From a virus, in the IMG/VR virus record IMGVR_UViG_3300044731_001604, positions 1 through 64,000 of that record: 64,000 nucleotides of DNA; one strand, written 5' to 3'. The number at the start of each line of letters is the position of its first letter. Position 1 is the first letter of the stretch. The notes beneath the pieces are model-generated. The model was not told the origin of the DNA, did not search any database, and worked only from the letters and a program-made list of their open reading frames with translations. This document shows positions 8,944-19,574 of the stretch, one piece after another. The position numbers and the translations under genes were made by a program.

Positions 8944-9642
8944 ATGATTAGAAGAGGCGAAAAAGGCATAGTTTGCCAACATGATCCGTTCGATGAAACA
9001 TATATGGATGGTGGAGATTCTGCTCGCGTAACGGGATTACTTGCTATGTCAGGTGAGTCTTTAGATAGATTTCTAGTGGATGATTTTGTTAACGAAGATG
9101 GTCTTGGAGTTAGACACCCAACACAAACAAGAAATAATAACAATAATCCAAATAATTTTACTAGAGATCAATTGCTGTGCCTAATGGCAGGTTTGAATTC
9201 AAGCAAAACTGAATTTTCTGAATCAGCAGCAAAAAAATTATTCTATAGTCACGCAAAAAGAGCTTTCTTTTGTCAAAATACACATGACCAAAAAAACGTT
9301 AAGAAGCTTTGGTACAAAAGCAGAGATCCTTTGCACCCAGGTCAAATTGGATTCTTAATTCAAGCAGCTAGAATTAGGTACCTATATCCATTATTAATAT
9401 TTTGCTACCCATTCTTACTCTTAGAATTACTAGTTAACGTATTTGTAACCCCATACAGAGAAAGCAACCAAATCCTCTCTGTAATGAATACATCTGGTAG
9501 CTTTTGGATCAAATTATATTGCAAATTGCATCCAAATTGGAAAAAACCAATAACAGATTATTGGAGTGGGTATCCGTTTAGAGATCAACCTGAAATTGCA
9601 GAAATTATAATTAATTATATTGAAACAAGAATCAAGGGTTAA
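8944..9642 (+). CDS. hypothetical protein with one hydrophobic segment
   Basis: AGGAG RBS, 232-aa ORF. Confidence 0.65.
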   Translation: MIRRGEKGIVCQHDPFDETYMDGGDSARVTGLLAMSGESLDRFLVDDFVNEDGLGVRHPTQTRNNNNNPNNFTRDQLLCLMAGLNSSKTEFSESAAKKLFYSHAKRAFFCQNTHDQKNVKKLWYKSRDPLHPGQIGFLIQAARIRYLYPLLIFCYPFLLLELLVNVFVTPYRESNQILSVMNTSGSFWIKLYCKLHPNWKKPITDYWSGYPFRDQPEIAEIIINYIETRIKG

Positions 9643-10048
9643 ACCAAAGAGATGAGCCCTCTTTATACGACCCATATGGCACTATTTGCATGTGGGTCCA
9701 GTTCGGTGTAGCATCGAAACTTTCCATCCAAATACCAATCTTCTTTAACTCGTTAACATTATTTTTACACCATTTATGCAAATCTTGATTTGGAGTGTGA
9801 ATGTCTACAGCAAATCCATAAAGATGTTTACTTTTCATTGGTATTTTAGATTTATCGGTAATTCCTTTAGCGGCATATATCTCTAAATGATGCTTCATGC
9901 TTCTATATCCAGATGTAACAGTCATTGGCTTACCGTAAGCAGTTCTAACCATGTTAATTTTTTCCAAAAGCTTTTTGATGTTTTCTTGATGCTCTTTAGG
10001 TAGCTCTTCTAATTTATTTCCAGACAATAATTCATTTAATGAAATCAT
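9632..10048 (-). CDS. endolysin, peptidase M15 family (Zn D-Ala-D-Ala carboxypeptidase fold)
   Basis: VTSGYRS, SKHLYGFAVD (SxHxxGxAxD), WTH. Confidence 0.82.
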   Translation of the reverse strand: MISLNELLSGNKLEELPKEHQENIKKLLEKINMVRTAYGKPMTVTSGYRSMKHHLEIYAAKGITDKSKIPMKSKHLYGFAVDIHTPNQDLHKWCKNNVNELKKIGIWMESFDATPNWTHMQIVPYGSYKEGSSLWFNP

Positions 10049-10059
10049 ACATTACTCCA

Positions 10060-10263
10060 TTAGTAATAGTCATCGTAACCATCACCTTTTTCCGGCTCAG
10101 GTTTGTTCTTATTTATATGCAACGGACACCATTCTGAATGGTATTCTACGGGACAATCTTTACCGTATGTAATATGAACGCCACATTCACATTTTACTTC
10201 GTCTTTTTTATTATCATTAACCCAAGGGCTAGTCCACTCATTTTGCCAGTCGTATGAATCCAT
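10060..10263 (-). CDS. small Cys/His (Zn-binding?) protein
   Basis: CECG...HSEWCP; GAGGGA RBS. Confidence 0.55.
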   Translation of the reverse strand: MDSYDWQNEWTSPWVNDNKKDEVKCECGVHITYGKDCPVEYHSEWCPLHINKNKPEPEKGDGYDDYY

Positions 10264-10275
10264 GCTTCCCTCAGA

Positions 10276-10644
10276 TTAAATCTTGATAATCTTGTTGATT
10301 ATGATTGTTCCTCTTAAATCTGGGATATTAAAAGTAGTCGTTCCATTTCCGTATCCGTAGTATGTACCTATGGCTGAAAAAAGCGAAGAGTATGTAGTTC
10401 TAGAAATTTCTTGTCCTGCGCAAATTAAAAAACCAGATGGTGCAGTTGAGCCTGCAAAATCAAGTAATGTTCCTGATGGTAGCGTATTTCCGCGCTCTCC
10501 TGGAGTAATCCATTGCCCATCTTCATAAAGTTTAAATTTATTTTCAATTGAATTATAGTAAATATCTCCATCAATTGCAGTCGATGGTGGAGAAGCCTGT
10601 GGACGTAAATTTAAGCCGTTCTTAACAACAAGAAAATTGCGCAT
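10276..10644 (-). CDS. mini tail-fibre protein: shared anchor module + tail collar domain
   Basis: GDIYYN...GQW anchor; collar motif PSGTLLDFAG..APSGFLICAGQ.ISRTTYSSLF..IGT.YG.GNG.TTFNIPDLRG. Confidence 0.75.
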   Translation of the reverse strand: MRNFLVVKNGLNLRPQASPPSTAIDGDIYYNSIENKFKLYEDGQWITPGERGNTLPSGTLLDFAGSTAPSGFLICAGQEISRTTYSSLFSAIGTYYGYGNGTTTFNIPDLRGTIIINKIIKI

Positions 10645-10702
10645 TTTTCATTCCCAATCCTGAAAAGTGTTTCTTAACTCATATATTTATCTTATATGAA
10701 TG

Positions 10703-10714
10703 AGATTAGGCTAA
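10703..10714 (-). promoter_or_regulatory. putative phage late promoter motif
   Basis: TTAGCCTAATCT on - strand; one of 9 copies upstream of structural genes. Confidence 0.55.
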
Positions 10715-10769
10715 TTTTAATAAAAAGTGAATTTTTTTCTTTAAAAAATATCTTATTTTTAATAGTTTA

Positions 10770-10794
10770 GGACTGTCTAACAATTAGACAGTCC
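10770..10794 (-). terminator. hairpin/terminator after the 1663-aa fibre gene
   Basis: perfect 11-bp stem GGACTGTCTAA-CAA-TTAGACAGTCC; weak U-tract. Confidence 0.55.
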
Positions 10795-10806
10795 ATGATT
10801 TTTATG

Positions 10807-13800
10807 TTAGATTATGAACCAAACAGAACCGTCAGTAACTAAAGTTTTTGACTCATTTTTAGCACTGATTATTATAGCTCCATCGCTATCAATTGTGCCG
10901 CCACTAATAGTAATAGTGTTAGCTGTGCTATCAGTTTTCTTGATATTGAAAACCTTACCGCTTAAGCCAGTCGGCGACGGAAGAGTAATAGTTTGGCTAG
11001 TAGATGTGCAATCACAAACAAGAACATCGTTTGATGATGTCAATGCATAAGTAGAAGAAGAATTCACTATAACGCTTAGGTAACTAGTTGCGCCACCGCC
11101 TACTTGTGATTCTACACCAGCAGAGTTTAAAATATACAACTTGTTATCTGATTTAGCGTATATTTTATTAGTTCCTGCTGATGGACTTGTTGGAGTGGTT
11201 ATTTGAGTTGCAACAATTTCTTTACTTAAAGAAGTTGTCCCAGTTATTGATACATTTGCTGAAAATGATGCATTTTGATTGTGATCTAATTGTAAAGCTA
11301 AAACTCTTCCAGTTGTTCCATTTAGGGTTGTATAAAAACCCATTTTTGAACCGTTGGCAGAAGATGTCCAGTTTTCAGTTGCAATAGAGTTAATTCCAGA
11401 ACCAATTGCAGTTGTGTGACTTGCATCTGTAGCCCCAGCAAATTGGATTACGCCTATTCTAGATCCAGATAACATAGCTGCGCTTGGGTCAGTTTGCAAT
11501 TGGATTATAGAGCCGCTGCTAGAATTTTGAGTCGTGCTTTTTTGATTGAATTGAGCTATTGGAACAGTGAAAGTAGTCGAGTGTATGTCAACTGTTGCTG
11601 AAGAAACAGAACCTTGTTGATTTATACCTAAACGCTTATTTGTCTCGTCCCATATTAAATCTAAAGTGTCAATCTCTAAATTACCCAAAGTATCAGTATA
11701 AACGATACCTCTTGCAGTATCACTTGCAGATGCTAAGTTAGTGGCTTTAATGTCTGTAGTCGTAACCGTGCCAGTAAAGGTTGGAGAAGCAAAAGGAACC
11801 GGTGTTGTCCAAGAAAGATCCCCAAGTCCATCATTAGTTAAAGTTTGGCCACTAGCGCCTTGTGCTGCTGGTAATGTTAATGTATATGATGTAACTGATG
11901 ATGGAGCAGTAAGGGTAACTGTATGTGTTGAAGCATCGTGTAGTACTACGTTTTTAGTGTGGGTATTTAACCAACCATAATTAGCATCACCTAAACTTTG
12001 CGACAAGTTGCCAGCAGGTATTAAATTCTTATGAACAACTGCTTCTGAAAAACCAGACCAATCAAGAACATTTCCTGATGAATTATATAAAGTACGGCTA
12101 CCATAATTAACACTTGCTATTCCAGAAGAATCTATCAATGAACGAGTTCCGAAAAGAATACTACTGACCCCAGACGAATCATATAGCTCCCTAGAAGCCG
12201 TATCGAGGATTAAAACATCGCTAGTGTCTTTTAGACTGCTTGTATATAAATTACCCCAAATTTTTGCCGTACTACCAAGATCGTGTGTATTATTAGCAGA
12301 TGGAATCAAATCTTGGTTAACAGACGTAGGAGAAGTTAAATTGCTTAAAGTAGTATTTGCACCGCTTCCAGAAGGCGTTGCCCAAGAAAGAGTACCAAAA
12401 CCGTCATTAGTCAGTACTGTAGAAGCTGCCCCTTGAGCTGGCGGCATTGTTAGACTGTACGGCGTAATTGTAGATGGAGATAAAAGGCTAATAACATTTG
12501 ATCCAGCATCTACAAATCTGAAAGAAGATGAGTACGTACTACCCCAAGGGTTTAAAGATGTTCCCAATGATCTACTAAATGCAGAATCTGGAATAATGTT
12601 TTTATAAGAAAAAATTTCAGTTGTACCACTCCATTGTAGCGATAATGATCCAGCAGAATCATATAAATATCTATTTAACCAATCTAATGAAGTATGATTT
12701 GACGCATCCTGTAAATATCTACTTCCCCAGTGTGCAGCAATGTCTCCAACACCGTCAACTAAATATCTATTATTCCAATCCAATGACAGATTAGTAGAAG
12801 AATCAAATAGTCTATCATTAGATAAATTAATGGCAGTGGTGTTTGAAGTATTTGAAATAGTGTTAACGTGCAAGCTATTCCATCTAGTTGTGTTGTTACC
12901 TAAATTGAGACCAGAAGTTCCAGCGATTAAATCTTGACTAACAGCAGTTGGCGAAGTTAAGTTAGAAAGGGCAGTATTGGCTCCAGTTCCAGAAACAGTA
13001 GTCCATGAAAGATTACCAGATCCATCGTTAGTCAATACAGTTGAAACCGCGCCCTGAGTAGAAGGCATTACTAGATTATGCGGTGTAATTGATGACGGAA
13101 CTGTTATATTAACAGAGTGAGCCGATGCATTAACTAAACTAACAGTTCCAGTTTTTACGTAATTCCATGGAGATATATTTGTACCAAGATCATTACTAAG
13201 CCCAGATATTGGAACAATGTCCTTATTAGATGCAATATAACTTATACTTGACCAGTCTAATGAAACGGAACCACTTAAGTCATATATTTTTCTTGCAGAC
13301 CAATCTAAAGATATATTACCATCTGTTGCAACTAAAGAATTGTTGATTACATCAATAGCGGTATTATCTAAAGCATTTTGTATTGACCCAATATATGTCA
13401 AATTCCAAGGCTTAGCCAAACTACCTAAATTCATAGATGTTGTGCTAGGGATTAGATCTTGATTAACAGATGTAGGAGAAGTTAAGTTAGATAAAGATTT
13501 ATTAGCACCAGTTCCAGCAGGAGTTCCCCAAGAAAGATGCCCAGTACCATCAGTAGTTAGTACTTCACCGTTAGAACCGTGAGCAGAAGGTAAAGTTAGG
13601 GTATAAGCTGTAACAGTAGTTGGTGCAACAATTGAAATCTCGTGTATTGTTGAATCAAGGAATTTAAGTCCTTTAGTATATACGTTAGTCCACGGAGCAG
13701 AATTTGTACCAAGAGTTGGCGTATACCCAGATGCTGGAATAATGTTTTTATAAATAGATAAATCAGATAAGCCTGACCAATCTAATATAATGTCACCGAT

Positions 13801-15798
13801 TGAATTAACTAGTTGTCTTGTGTTCCAATAAAGAGAATACGCACCAGTTGAGTCAGATAAATTCCTACTATCCCAGTCTAATGAAGCAGACCCGTCTGTT
13901 GCAATTAAAAGATTATTAATTACGTCAATAGCTGTGTTGTCTAAAGCATTTTGTATAGAACCAATGTAGGCTAAATTCCAAGGTTTAAGTAAGCTTCCTA
14001 AATTAATAGAAGTAGTACTAGGAATTAAATCTTGATTAACTGAGGTTGGAGAAGTTAAGTTAGATAAAGATTTATTAGCACCAGTACCAGCAGGAGTAGA
14101 CCAAGTGAGATTTCCTGCACCATCATTAGTTAATACTGTAGCCGCCGCGCCTTGTGCACCAGGTAAAGTTAAAGTGTGTGATGTAATTGCAGCAGTTCCA
14201 GCCGGAGCTGTTAATGTTAAAACATTTCCATCTAAATCATTGAAGTTATAATTTGAGCTATATACATTAGCCCAAACCGCATTATCAACAACACTTCCGA
14301 GATCAACACCAGTTTGGAGTGGTAATAATTTAGTTTGAATACCAACGCCGTATTGGTTCCAAGATAATGCAATTTGAGTACCAGAATCTTTTAAGTATCT
14401 GGTATGAGTTAAACCAGTATCGCTAATATCAATTGCTGCAGTGTTATCTATTGCAAACAATCTTTTAACGAAAATATTATTCCAATATCTTGCACTTGAA
14501 CCCATATTTAATGAACTAAGCTGTGGTACCAAATCTTGGTTAACTGAAGTAGGAGAAGTTAAGTTAGAAAGAGCAGTATTAGCGCCAGTCGTTGCAGGAG
14601 TAGTCCAAGAAAGATTGCCAGAACCATCAGAAGTTAACACTTGACCAGCGTCACCATCATCGGATGGCAATGTTAATGTAAAATCAGCTGCAAATGTGTC
14701 TGGAGCTTTTAAAGTAATTGAATTAGTTGAAGTTGAATCTACAAACTTATAATTAAGGCCATAGATAGATTCCCAATATTTTTCAAGACTACCAAAATTT
14801 AAAATATTACTTGCCGGAACAAGATCCAAATAAGAAACTACGCCAGGGTTAACTGAGTTAGCCCACTCAAGTGCTGTGCCACCTACAGAATCAGTTAAAA
14901 CCCTAGCAAATGGATTAATAGAATCAACTAGGTAGCTGTCTCTAATTCTACCTACGTATAAATTGTTCCAAGCCTTTAAGTTAGTGCCTAAATTTTGCAA
15001 TTGATCATTAAAAGGAATTAAATCTTGATTAATAGAAGTAGGTAAAGTTAAATTAGATAAACTAGTATTAGCTCCAGTTCCAGAAGGTGTTGTCCAAGAA
15101 AGATTGCCAGATATGTCAGTAGTAAGTACTTGGCCGTTTGATCCTACAGCAGATGGCATAGTCAAAGTATATGGAGTAGTAGCATCTGCAGCTTTAATGG
15201 TTAGTATGCCAGTAGTGGAACCTTTTAATTTTTGGTTATAAGTCCACGTTTCAAGCCAAGGAGTTAAAGAAGTACCCAAGGTTTTAGTAGTATCAGAAGC
15301 AACTAAACTTTGGTTAATAGACGTAGGTGAAGTTAAGTTAGAAAGAGAAGTATTAGCACCAGAAACTGCTGCAGCCCATTTTAAACCAGTTGCTGTAGTT
15401 GAATCAGCAGTTAATACATAATCGTTTAAACCAACAGGTAATACAGTTGGTACAGTGGCATTTCTAACGATAATGTCACCTTTAGCAGTCATTAATGATT
15501 TTTCTATTTTAGAATTTAATTGATTTTGAATTGAAGATGTGGCATCTAGATAAGCTAGAACTGTAGAATCAACTGTAGAAGCTTCAATTAATCCAGTAAT
15601 ACTGTTACTTTGTAAGATTTTACCTAAAGTATAAGCTTTTAATGGATCGCCGTATGTAGTCCATTGATTATCTTGATAAAATTGGAATTTTCCTTGCGTT
15701 CCATCAAAATAAATATCACCGTTTAGTGGTGATAATGGAGCTGAAGTTAAAGATCCTAGAGTTAAACCGTGCCTTACGCCAAAAAAATTGATTGCCAT
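10807..15798 (-). CDS. long repetitive tail fibre protein (1663 aa)
   Basis: anchor module; 7 copies of GANxxLSNLTxPTxxxQxL, most preceded by LTxDGxGxLSW; SLDWxxRxL repeats; C-terminal fibre domain ending DGSVWFII. Confidence 0.8.
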   Translation of the reverse strand: MAINFFGVRHGLTLGSLTSAPLSPLNGDIYFDGTQGKFQFYQDNQWTTYGDPLKAYTLGKILQSNSITGLIEASTVDSTVLAYLDATSSIQNQLNSKIEKSLMTAKGDIIVRNATVPTVLPVGLNDYVLTADSTTATGLKWAAAVSGANTSLSNLTSPTSINQSLVASDTTKTLGTSLTPWLETWTYNQKLKGSTTGILTIKAADATTPYTLTMPSAVGSNGQVLTTDISGNLSWTTPSGTGANTSLSNLTLPTSINQDLIPFNDQLQNLGTNLKAWNNLYVGRIRDSYLVDSINPFARVLTDSVGGTALEWANSVNPGVVSYLDLVPASNILNFGSLEKYWESIYGLNYKFVDSTSTNSITLKAPDTFAADFTLTLPSDDGDAGQVLTSDGSGNLSWTTPATTGANTALSNLTSPTSVNQDLVPQLSSLNMGSSARYWNNIFVKRLFAIDNTAAIDISDTGLTHTRYLKDSGTQIALSWNQYGVGIQTKLLPLQTGVDLGSVVDNAVWANVYSSNYNFNDLDGNVLTLTAPAGTAAITSHTLTLPGAQGAAATVLTNDGAGNLTWSTPAGTGANKSLSNLTSPTSVNQDLIPSTTSINLGSLLKPWNLAYIGSIQNALDNTAIDVINNLLIATDGSASLDWDSRNLSDSTGAYSLYWNTRQLVNSIGDIILDWSGLSDLSIYKNIIPASGYTPTLGTNSAPWTNVYTKGLKFLDSTIHEISIVAPTTVTAYTLTLPSAHGSNGEVLTTDGTGHLSWGTPAGTGANKSLSNLTSPTSVNQDLIPSTTSMNLGSLAKPWNLTYIGSIQNALDNTAIDVINNSLVATDGNISLDWSARKIYDLSGSVSLDWSSISYIASNKDIVPISGLSNDLGTNISPWNYVKTGTVSLVNASAHSVNITVPSSITPHNLVMPSTQGAVSTVLTNDGSGNLSWTTVSGTGANTALSNLTSPTAVSQDLIAGTSGLNLGNNTTRWNSLHVNTISNTSNTTAINLSNDRLFDSSTNLSLDWNNRYLVDGVGDIAAHWGSRYLQDASNHTSLDWLNRYLYDSAGSLSLQWSGTTEIFSYKNIIPDSAFSRSLGTSLNPWGSTYSSSFRFVDAGSNVISLLSPSTITPYSLTMPPAQGAASTVLTNDGFGTLSWATPSGSGANTTLSNLTSPTSVNQDLIPSANNTHDLGSTAKIWGNLYTSSLKDTSDVLILDTASRELYDSSGVSSILFGTRSLIDSSGIASVNYGSRTLYNSSGNVLDWSGFSEAVVHKNLIPAGNLSQSLGDANYGWLNTHTKNVVLHDASTHTVTLTAPSSVTSYTLTLPAAQGASGQTLTNDGLGDLSWTTPVPFASPTFTGTVTTTDIKATNLASASDTARGIVYTDTLGNLEIDTLDLIWDETNKRLGINQQGSVSSATVDIHSTTFTVPIAQFNQKSTTQNSSSGSIIQLQTDPSAAMLSGSRIGVIQFAGATDASHTTAIGSGINSIATENWTSSANGSKMGFYTTLNGTTGRVLALQLDHNQNASFSANVSITGTTSLSKEIVATQITTPTSPSAGTNKIYAKSDNKLYILNSAGVESQVGGGATSYLSVIVNSSSTYALTSSNDVLVCDCTSTSQTITLPSPTGLSGKVFNIKKTDSTANTITISGGTIDSDGAIIISAKNESKTLVTDGSVWFII

Positions 15799-15843
15799 CT
15801 TTGATTCCTACTATCCTCAAAAATTAATATTCTGTTGTAGATT

Positions 15844-15855
15844 AGATTAGGCTAA
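15844..15855 (-). promoter_or_regulatory. putative phage late promoter motif
   Basis: TTAGCCTAATCT on - strand. Confidence 0.55.
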
Positions 15856-15886
15856 AAAAAAGGGCCCAAGGTTTCCCTTGAGCCCT
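15854..15886 (-). terminator. Rho-independent terminator
   Basis: - strand AGGGCTCAAGG-GAAA-CCTTGGGCCCT followed by a T run. Confidence 0.85.
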
Positions 15887-15912
15887 AGATTTAGTTAGAT
15901 TTTAACTAAAGA

Positions 15913-18063
15913 TTAGTTGCCAATTCTGTCTACAGTAACATAATTCTCTGTAGACGAGCCAGTTGTGCTTCTTGTTGCTCCAGAGGTTTGTTTAGCCGTT
16001 ATGCGGCAACCTTCTCCTGCTAAAAGTCTAATTGTAACAGTTCCAGATATTCCAGGAAAAGAATTACCTGTTCCAAAAGTATCAATCCTAGACATTTTAG
16101 TATCTACAGTCGATGACCCACTAATAGCTATTTTTTCAAGACTCATATCCATAGAAAATGCCACTGTATTTGCTAAAGTAACATTTATAATAATACCAGA
16201 TGAAATTTGATAAATACCAGAAACGGGGGCTACGAATTTCCATCCGCCGACTGTAGGAGTCACAGCTGAATGGGTATCCCAAGATTTCTGTGCAAAATCA
16301 ATTCTTGTAGCTATATCATTAGTCATGGATGAAGCAGAATTAGAAACATATTTAGCACTTACAGTCTCAGTCGCAGCTATAGTAGCTGGACCTGAAAGTC
16401 TTTGGATTTCAAGATGTGACCAAGCAGCAGTTACGGAACCAGGTTCTAATACAGCAGCGCCTGAATTTTGCCATATTTGAACTTGAATTAAATCTCCAGC
16501 AACAAAATTTTGGATAGCGCTTGCATTGATATTTGCTCCGCTTGTCGTTGTTCCATCATTTGCACCATTACCAATAGATGCACCATTTTTTGAAATCAAA
16601 ACTTGTTTAGAACCATTAGAAGGACCAAAGAAAAAGCCACAGCTAATTGAGTAAGTGCCAGACACAGGTACAACGTAAGCTGGAGCAGTTGTCCAACTTC
16701 CAGCACTGTAACCTACACCTGAACGCCAAGCTGAGTGTGTATCAACATACGCAGATGTGAAATCAACATAAGTGTATGTTGTGTTCGGCACACTGATTTG
16801 AGCGCCAGAAGCTCTAGATAAAGCCACCACACGCGTGTCAGTATCAGCACTCATCACAGAGTTTGATGACCAGCCGACGATTGGTAACTCAAAACTAAAA
16901 TCAATTATATCGCCAGAATTATAAGTAAAAGGAGTTGTGTTAGAAATCGCCGTTTGAACAGCAGGATCGGCACTAGATCCAGCGTCAGAAGTATTTGTAA
17001 CCGTAGATACTAATTCAATTTTTGCCGATGACTTCACATATCTAACAACGCCTAAATAATTATTTACACCTGTGTCGCCAAACCTAACAATTCCACAAAA
17101 TATTTGATTTGACGATGCAATTGCAGAATCATTAACAGAAAATCCACTCGGCAAAGATACATATAGTGTTGTAAATGCGGCACTTGCTGCACTAAATGTT
17201 ATTTGTCCATTAACTTTAATATTTTGCCCGACCTGCATCCAATATGCTGAAGTAGTAGTGTTAGTAATAGATCCCGTAGCTGTAGATAAAGTCGGCGTAT
17301 ATAATTTTGCATCACTCATTGCTGGACCGTAAGACACGCTTTGTGGACCGAAGTAGAAACTATCCCATAACATTGCAACAGCACCACTTGTATTAGCAGT
17401 AATACAGATGATAGCAACTCTTACAGTAGTAGCGTTACTTGGAGTTTGGAATGTAGCAGTACATTTTCCTACTCCGCTTCCTTGTACCATGTTGTAAACG
17501 CCAGCCGGTTGAATCCAAGCTGAGTTTGCGTTATCATAGATATAAACTGCCCAAGTATTTGAACTTGTCCCAGAAAAGTTCATCAAAGAACTTCCAGTAG
17601 TTGCAGAGTAAGAGAAACTTACTTGCATTACTTTAGCTTTATCTTCAGGAGCAACAGTCATGTTGTTAGAGATAAAACCGTGGCCAGCAGTGATAGTGCC
17701 AGATCCGATAGCAGTTTGTAAACTATATCCACCAGCTAATGCGCCAGAAGAAGTAGTGTTAAAAGTAGTAATAGAAGCAGCACCTGCAGTGATTGCTCCA
17801 GTAGGGATTTTGCTAGTCAATGTAGTATTGAATAATGAGAACATTCCTGTTCCATTGCTTTCAAAACCAGCACCAGCAAGGTAATTTTTACCTAAAGCTG
17901 GTTCGTTAACTAATTGCCAATAACCAGAAGCTAAATCTGATTCAAATACACTTGCAGTGTGAAATGCAATACAAGTGTACATGTTTTTCCCATATTTTGT
18001 TGTGTCATTTACTCCGTAAACGATGCCAGCGGCCCATTTACTTGTGTCTGGTGTAAAACTCAT
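15913..18063 (-). CDS. virion fibre/adhesin with N-terminal CBM5/12-like and C-terminal C1q-like domains
   Basis: W...Y..ND..KYGKNMYTCIAFHTA...YWQL; C1q-like YVVPVSGTYSI and FVAPVSGIYQI motifs. Confidence 0.65.
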   Translation of the reverse strand: MSFTPDTSKWAAGIVYGVNDTTKYGKNMYTCIAFHTASVFESDLASGYWQLVNEPALGKNYLAGAGFESNGTGMFSLFNTTLTSKIPTGAITAGAASITTFNTTSSGALAGGYSLQTAIGSGTITAGHGFISNNMTVAPEDKAKVMQVSFSYSATTGSSLMNFSGTSSNTWAVYIYDNANSAWIQPAGVYNMVQGSGVGKCTATFQTPSNATTVRVAIICITANTSGAVAMLWDSFYFGPQSVSYGPAMSDAKLYTPTLSTATGSITNTTTSAYWMQVGQNIKVNGQITFSAASAAFTTLYVSLPSGFSVNDSAIASSNQIFCGIVRFGDTGVNNYLGVVRYVKSSAKIELVSTVTNTSDAGSSADPAVQTAISNTTPFTYNSGDIIDFSFELPIVGWSSNSVMSADTDTRVVALSRASGAQISVPNTTYTYVDFTSAYVDTHSAWRSGVGYSAGSWTTAPAYVVPVSGTYSISCGFFFGPSNGSKQVLISKNGASIGNGANDGTTTSGANINASAIQNFVAGDLIQVQIWQNSGAAVLEPGSVTAAWSHLEIQRLSGPATIAATETVSAKYVSNSASSMTNDIATRIDFAQKSWDTHSAVTPTVGGWKFVAPVSGIYQISSGIIINVTLANTVAFSMDMSLEKIAISGSSTVDTKMSRIDTFGTGNSFPGISGTVTIRLLAGEGCRITAKQTSGATRSTTGSSTENYVTVDRIGN

Positions 18064-18073
18064 AAAAATCTCC

Positions 18074-19516
18074 TTAAATTAAAAACCAGTTAGCCCCGTC
18101 AGAGACAAGGGTAATATTTTGATATTGTGTTGTAATAACTTTGCTAGTAGCGCCATCAATTGTTTGTGCAGCAACAGCAGAAACAGTGATTGCGTTTGCA
18201 GTAGCGTCTGTTTTTTTGATGTCTAATTTTTTACCAGTGTAGCCTACAGCAGTTGGTAAAGTAATAGTAATCGCATTAGCAGCGCCAGAAGCTAAGATAA
18301 CTCCGTTAGATGCAGTAGCTGTGTAAGTAGCAGCAGTTACAGTATCAACAGCAACATTTGAACTTGCGCCAGCAACAGCAGAATCTACATAAGCAGTAGT
18401 AGCTTTTCCAGCAACAGCAGCAGTAATAGCAGCATCACGTGCAGAAGCTTCAGCAGCTACAGCAGTAGTGATTTCACTAAAAGCAGCATTAACAGCAATT
18501 TGACGAGAAGAAACTTCAGCATCAACGAGGTTGTAAGTATATGTATGGGCAGTGTTAATAGCATAAGCGCCCATTTCATCAACATAAGTTTTAACAATAT
18601 ATGAAGATGGAACTTTTGCGATTGATGGACTAGGGCCCCCAGTTAAAGTAAAGGCAACATTGTCTAAATAAGATAAAGGCATTTTAGAACTAGCTAAGCT
18701 AGTAATAGCATTATTTAAATTAGTGTCAGCAGCTTCAAACGCAGCAACAACTTCGCTCAATGAATCAAGAGAAGTAGGATCAATGTTAGAGAGAACATTG
18801 TCGATTTGGCTTTGTAAGCTAGCATCAGCAGCATCTACATAAGCAGTAGTAGCTTTACCAGCAACAGCAGCGTCTGCATAAGCTTCAGTAGCTTTTCCAG
18901 CAACAGCAGCGTCTACATAAGCTTTAACAGCTTTTTGAGAAGCAACCTTAACATCTGAATTAGCAACAAAAGTACCATCAGTGTCTAAATAAGAAAGTGG
19001 CATTTGAGCAACATCAGAAACATTGCTTAAACTAACCATAGCTTTAGTTAATGCAGGCATTTGAGTTGATTCAAGTTTACCATCAGCATCTAAAGTAGCA
19101 ATACCAAGAGCGATACCTTTTTCTGAAGAATCAACTTTAGCAGCTAAACCTGGAACAGTTGGGGCACTAGCAGTTCCGCCTAAATCACCAGCTAATTGGA
19201 TTAATCCAAGTGCAGATGCAGTCGCTGGAGAAGCACTGCTTCCGCCACCGCTAGCTTGACCTGTGTAAGCTGTAGTTTGTTCAGAACCATCTGGGAATAC
19301 TAGAGCGCCTTGTGCAGTGAAAACACTACCGCTAGAAGAAGAACTTCCGGCTAACTCTACCCATTGGTTTATTTTGTAAATTTTGACTTTACCATCTGTT
19401 GAATCATAATATATATCCCCATTAACTGGTTCAGTTGGGGCACTTGATTGTGGTTTTAATACTAAGCCTTTATTTAAATAAAGACTTGAACTAATACCAA
19501 GAAAACGACGTGACAT
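18074..19516 (-). CDS. tail fibre protein (anchor + DPTSLDSLSEV module + C-terminal fibre domain)
   Basis: anchor GDIYYDS..NQW; GLIQLAGDLGGTASAPTV; C-terminus homologous to that of the 1663-aa fibre. Confidence 0.75.
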   Translation of the reverse strand: MSRRFLGISSSLYLNKGLVLKPQSSAPTEPVNGDIYYDSTDGKVKIYKINQWVELAGSSSSSGSVFTAQGALVFPDGSEQTTAYTGQASGGGSSASPATASALGLIQLAGDLGGTASAPTVPGLAAKVDSSEKGIALGIATLDADGKLESTQMPALTKAMVSLSNVSDVAQMPLSYLDTDGTFVANSDVKVASQKAVKAYVDAAVAGKATEAYADAAVAGKATTAYVDAADASLQSQIDNVLSNIDPTSLDSLSEVVAAFEAADTNLNNAITSLASSKMPLSYLDNVAFTLTGGPSPSIAKVPSSYIVKTYVDEMGAYAINTAHTYTYNLVDAEVSSRQIAVNAAFSEITTAVAAEASARDAAITAAVAGKATTAYVDSAVAGASSNVAVDTVTAATYTATASNGVILASGAANAITITLPTAVGYTGKKLDIKKTDATANAITVSAVAAQTIDGATSKVITTQYQNITLVSDGANWFLI

Positions 19517-19574
19517 TTTATATCTCCTGTTTCATCGTATGTTAATATCTGCGCAGTAAAATACTACGCAGTTT

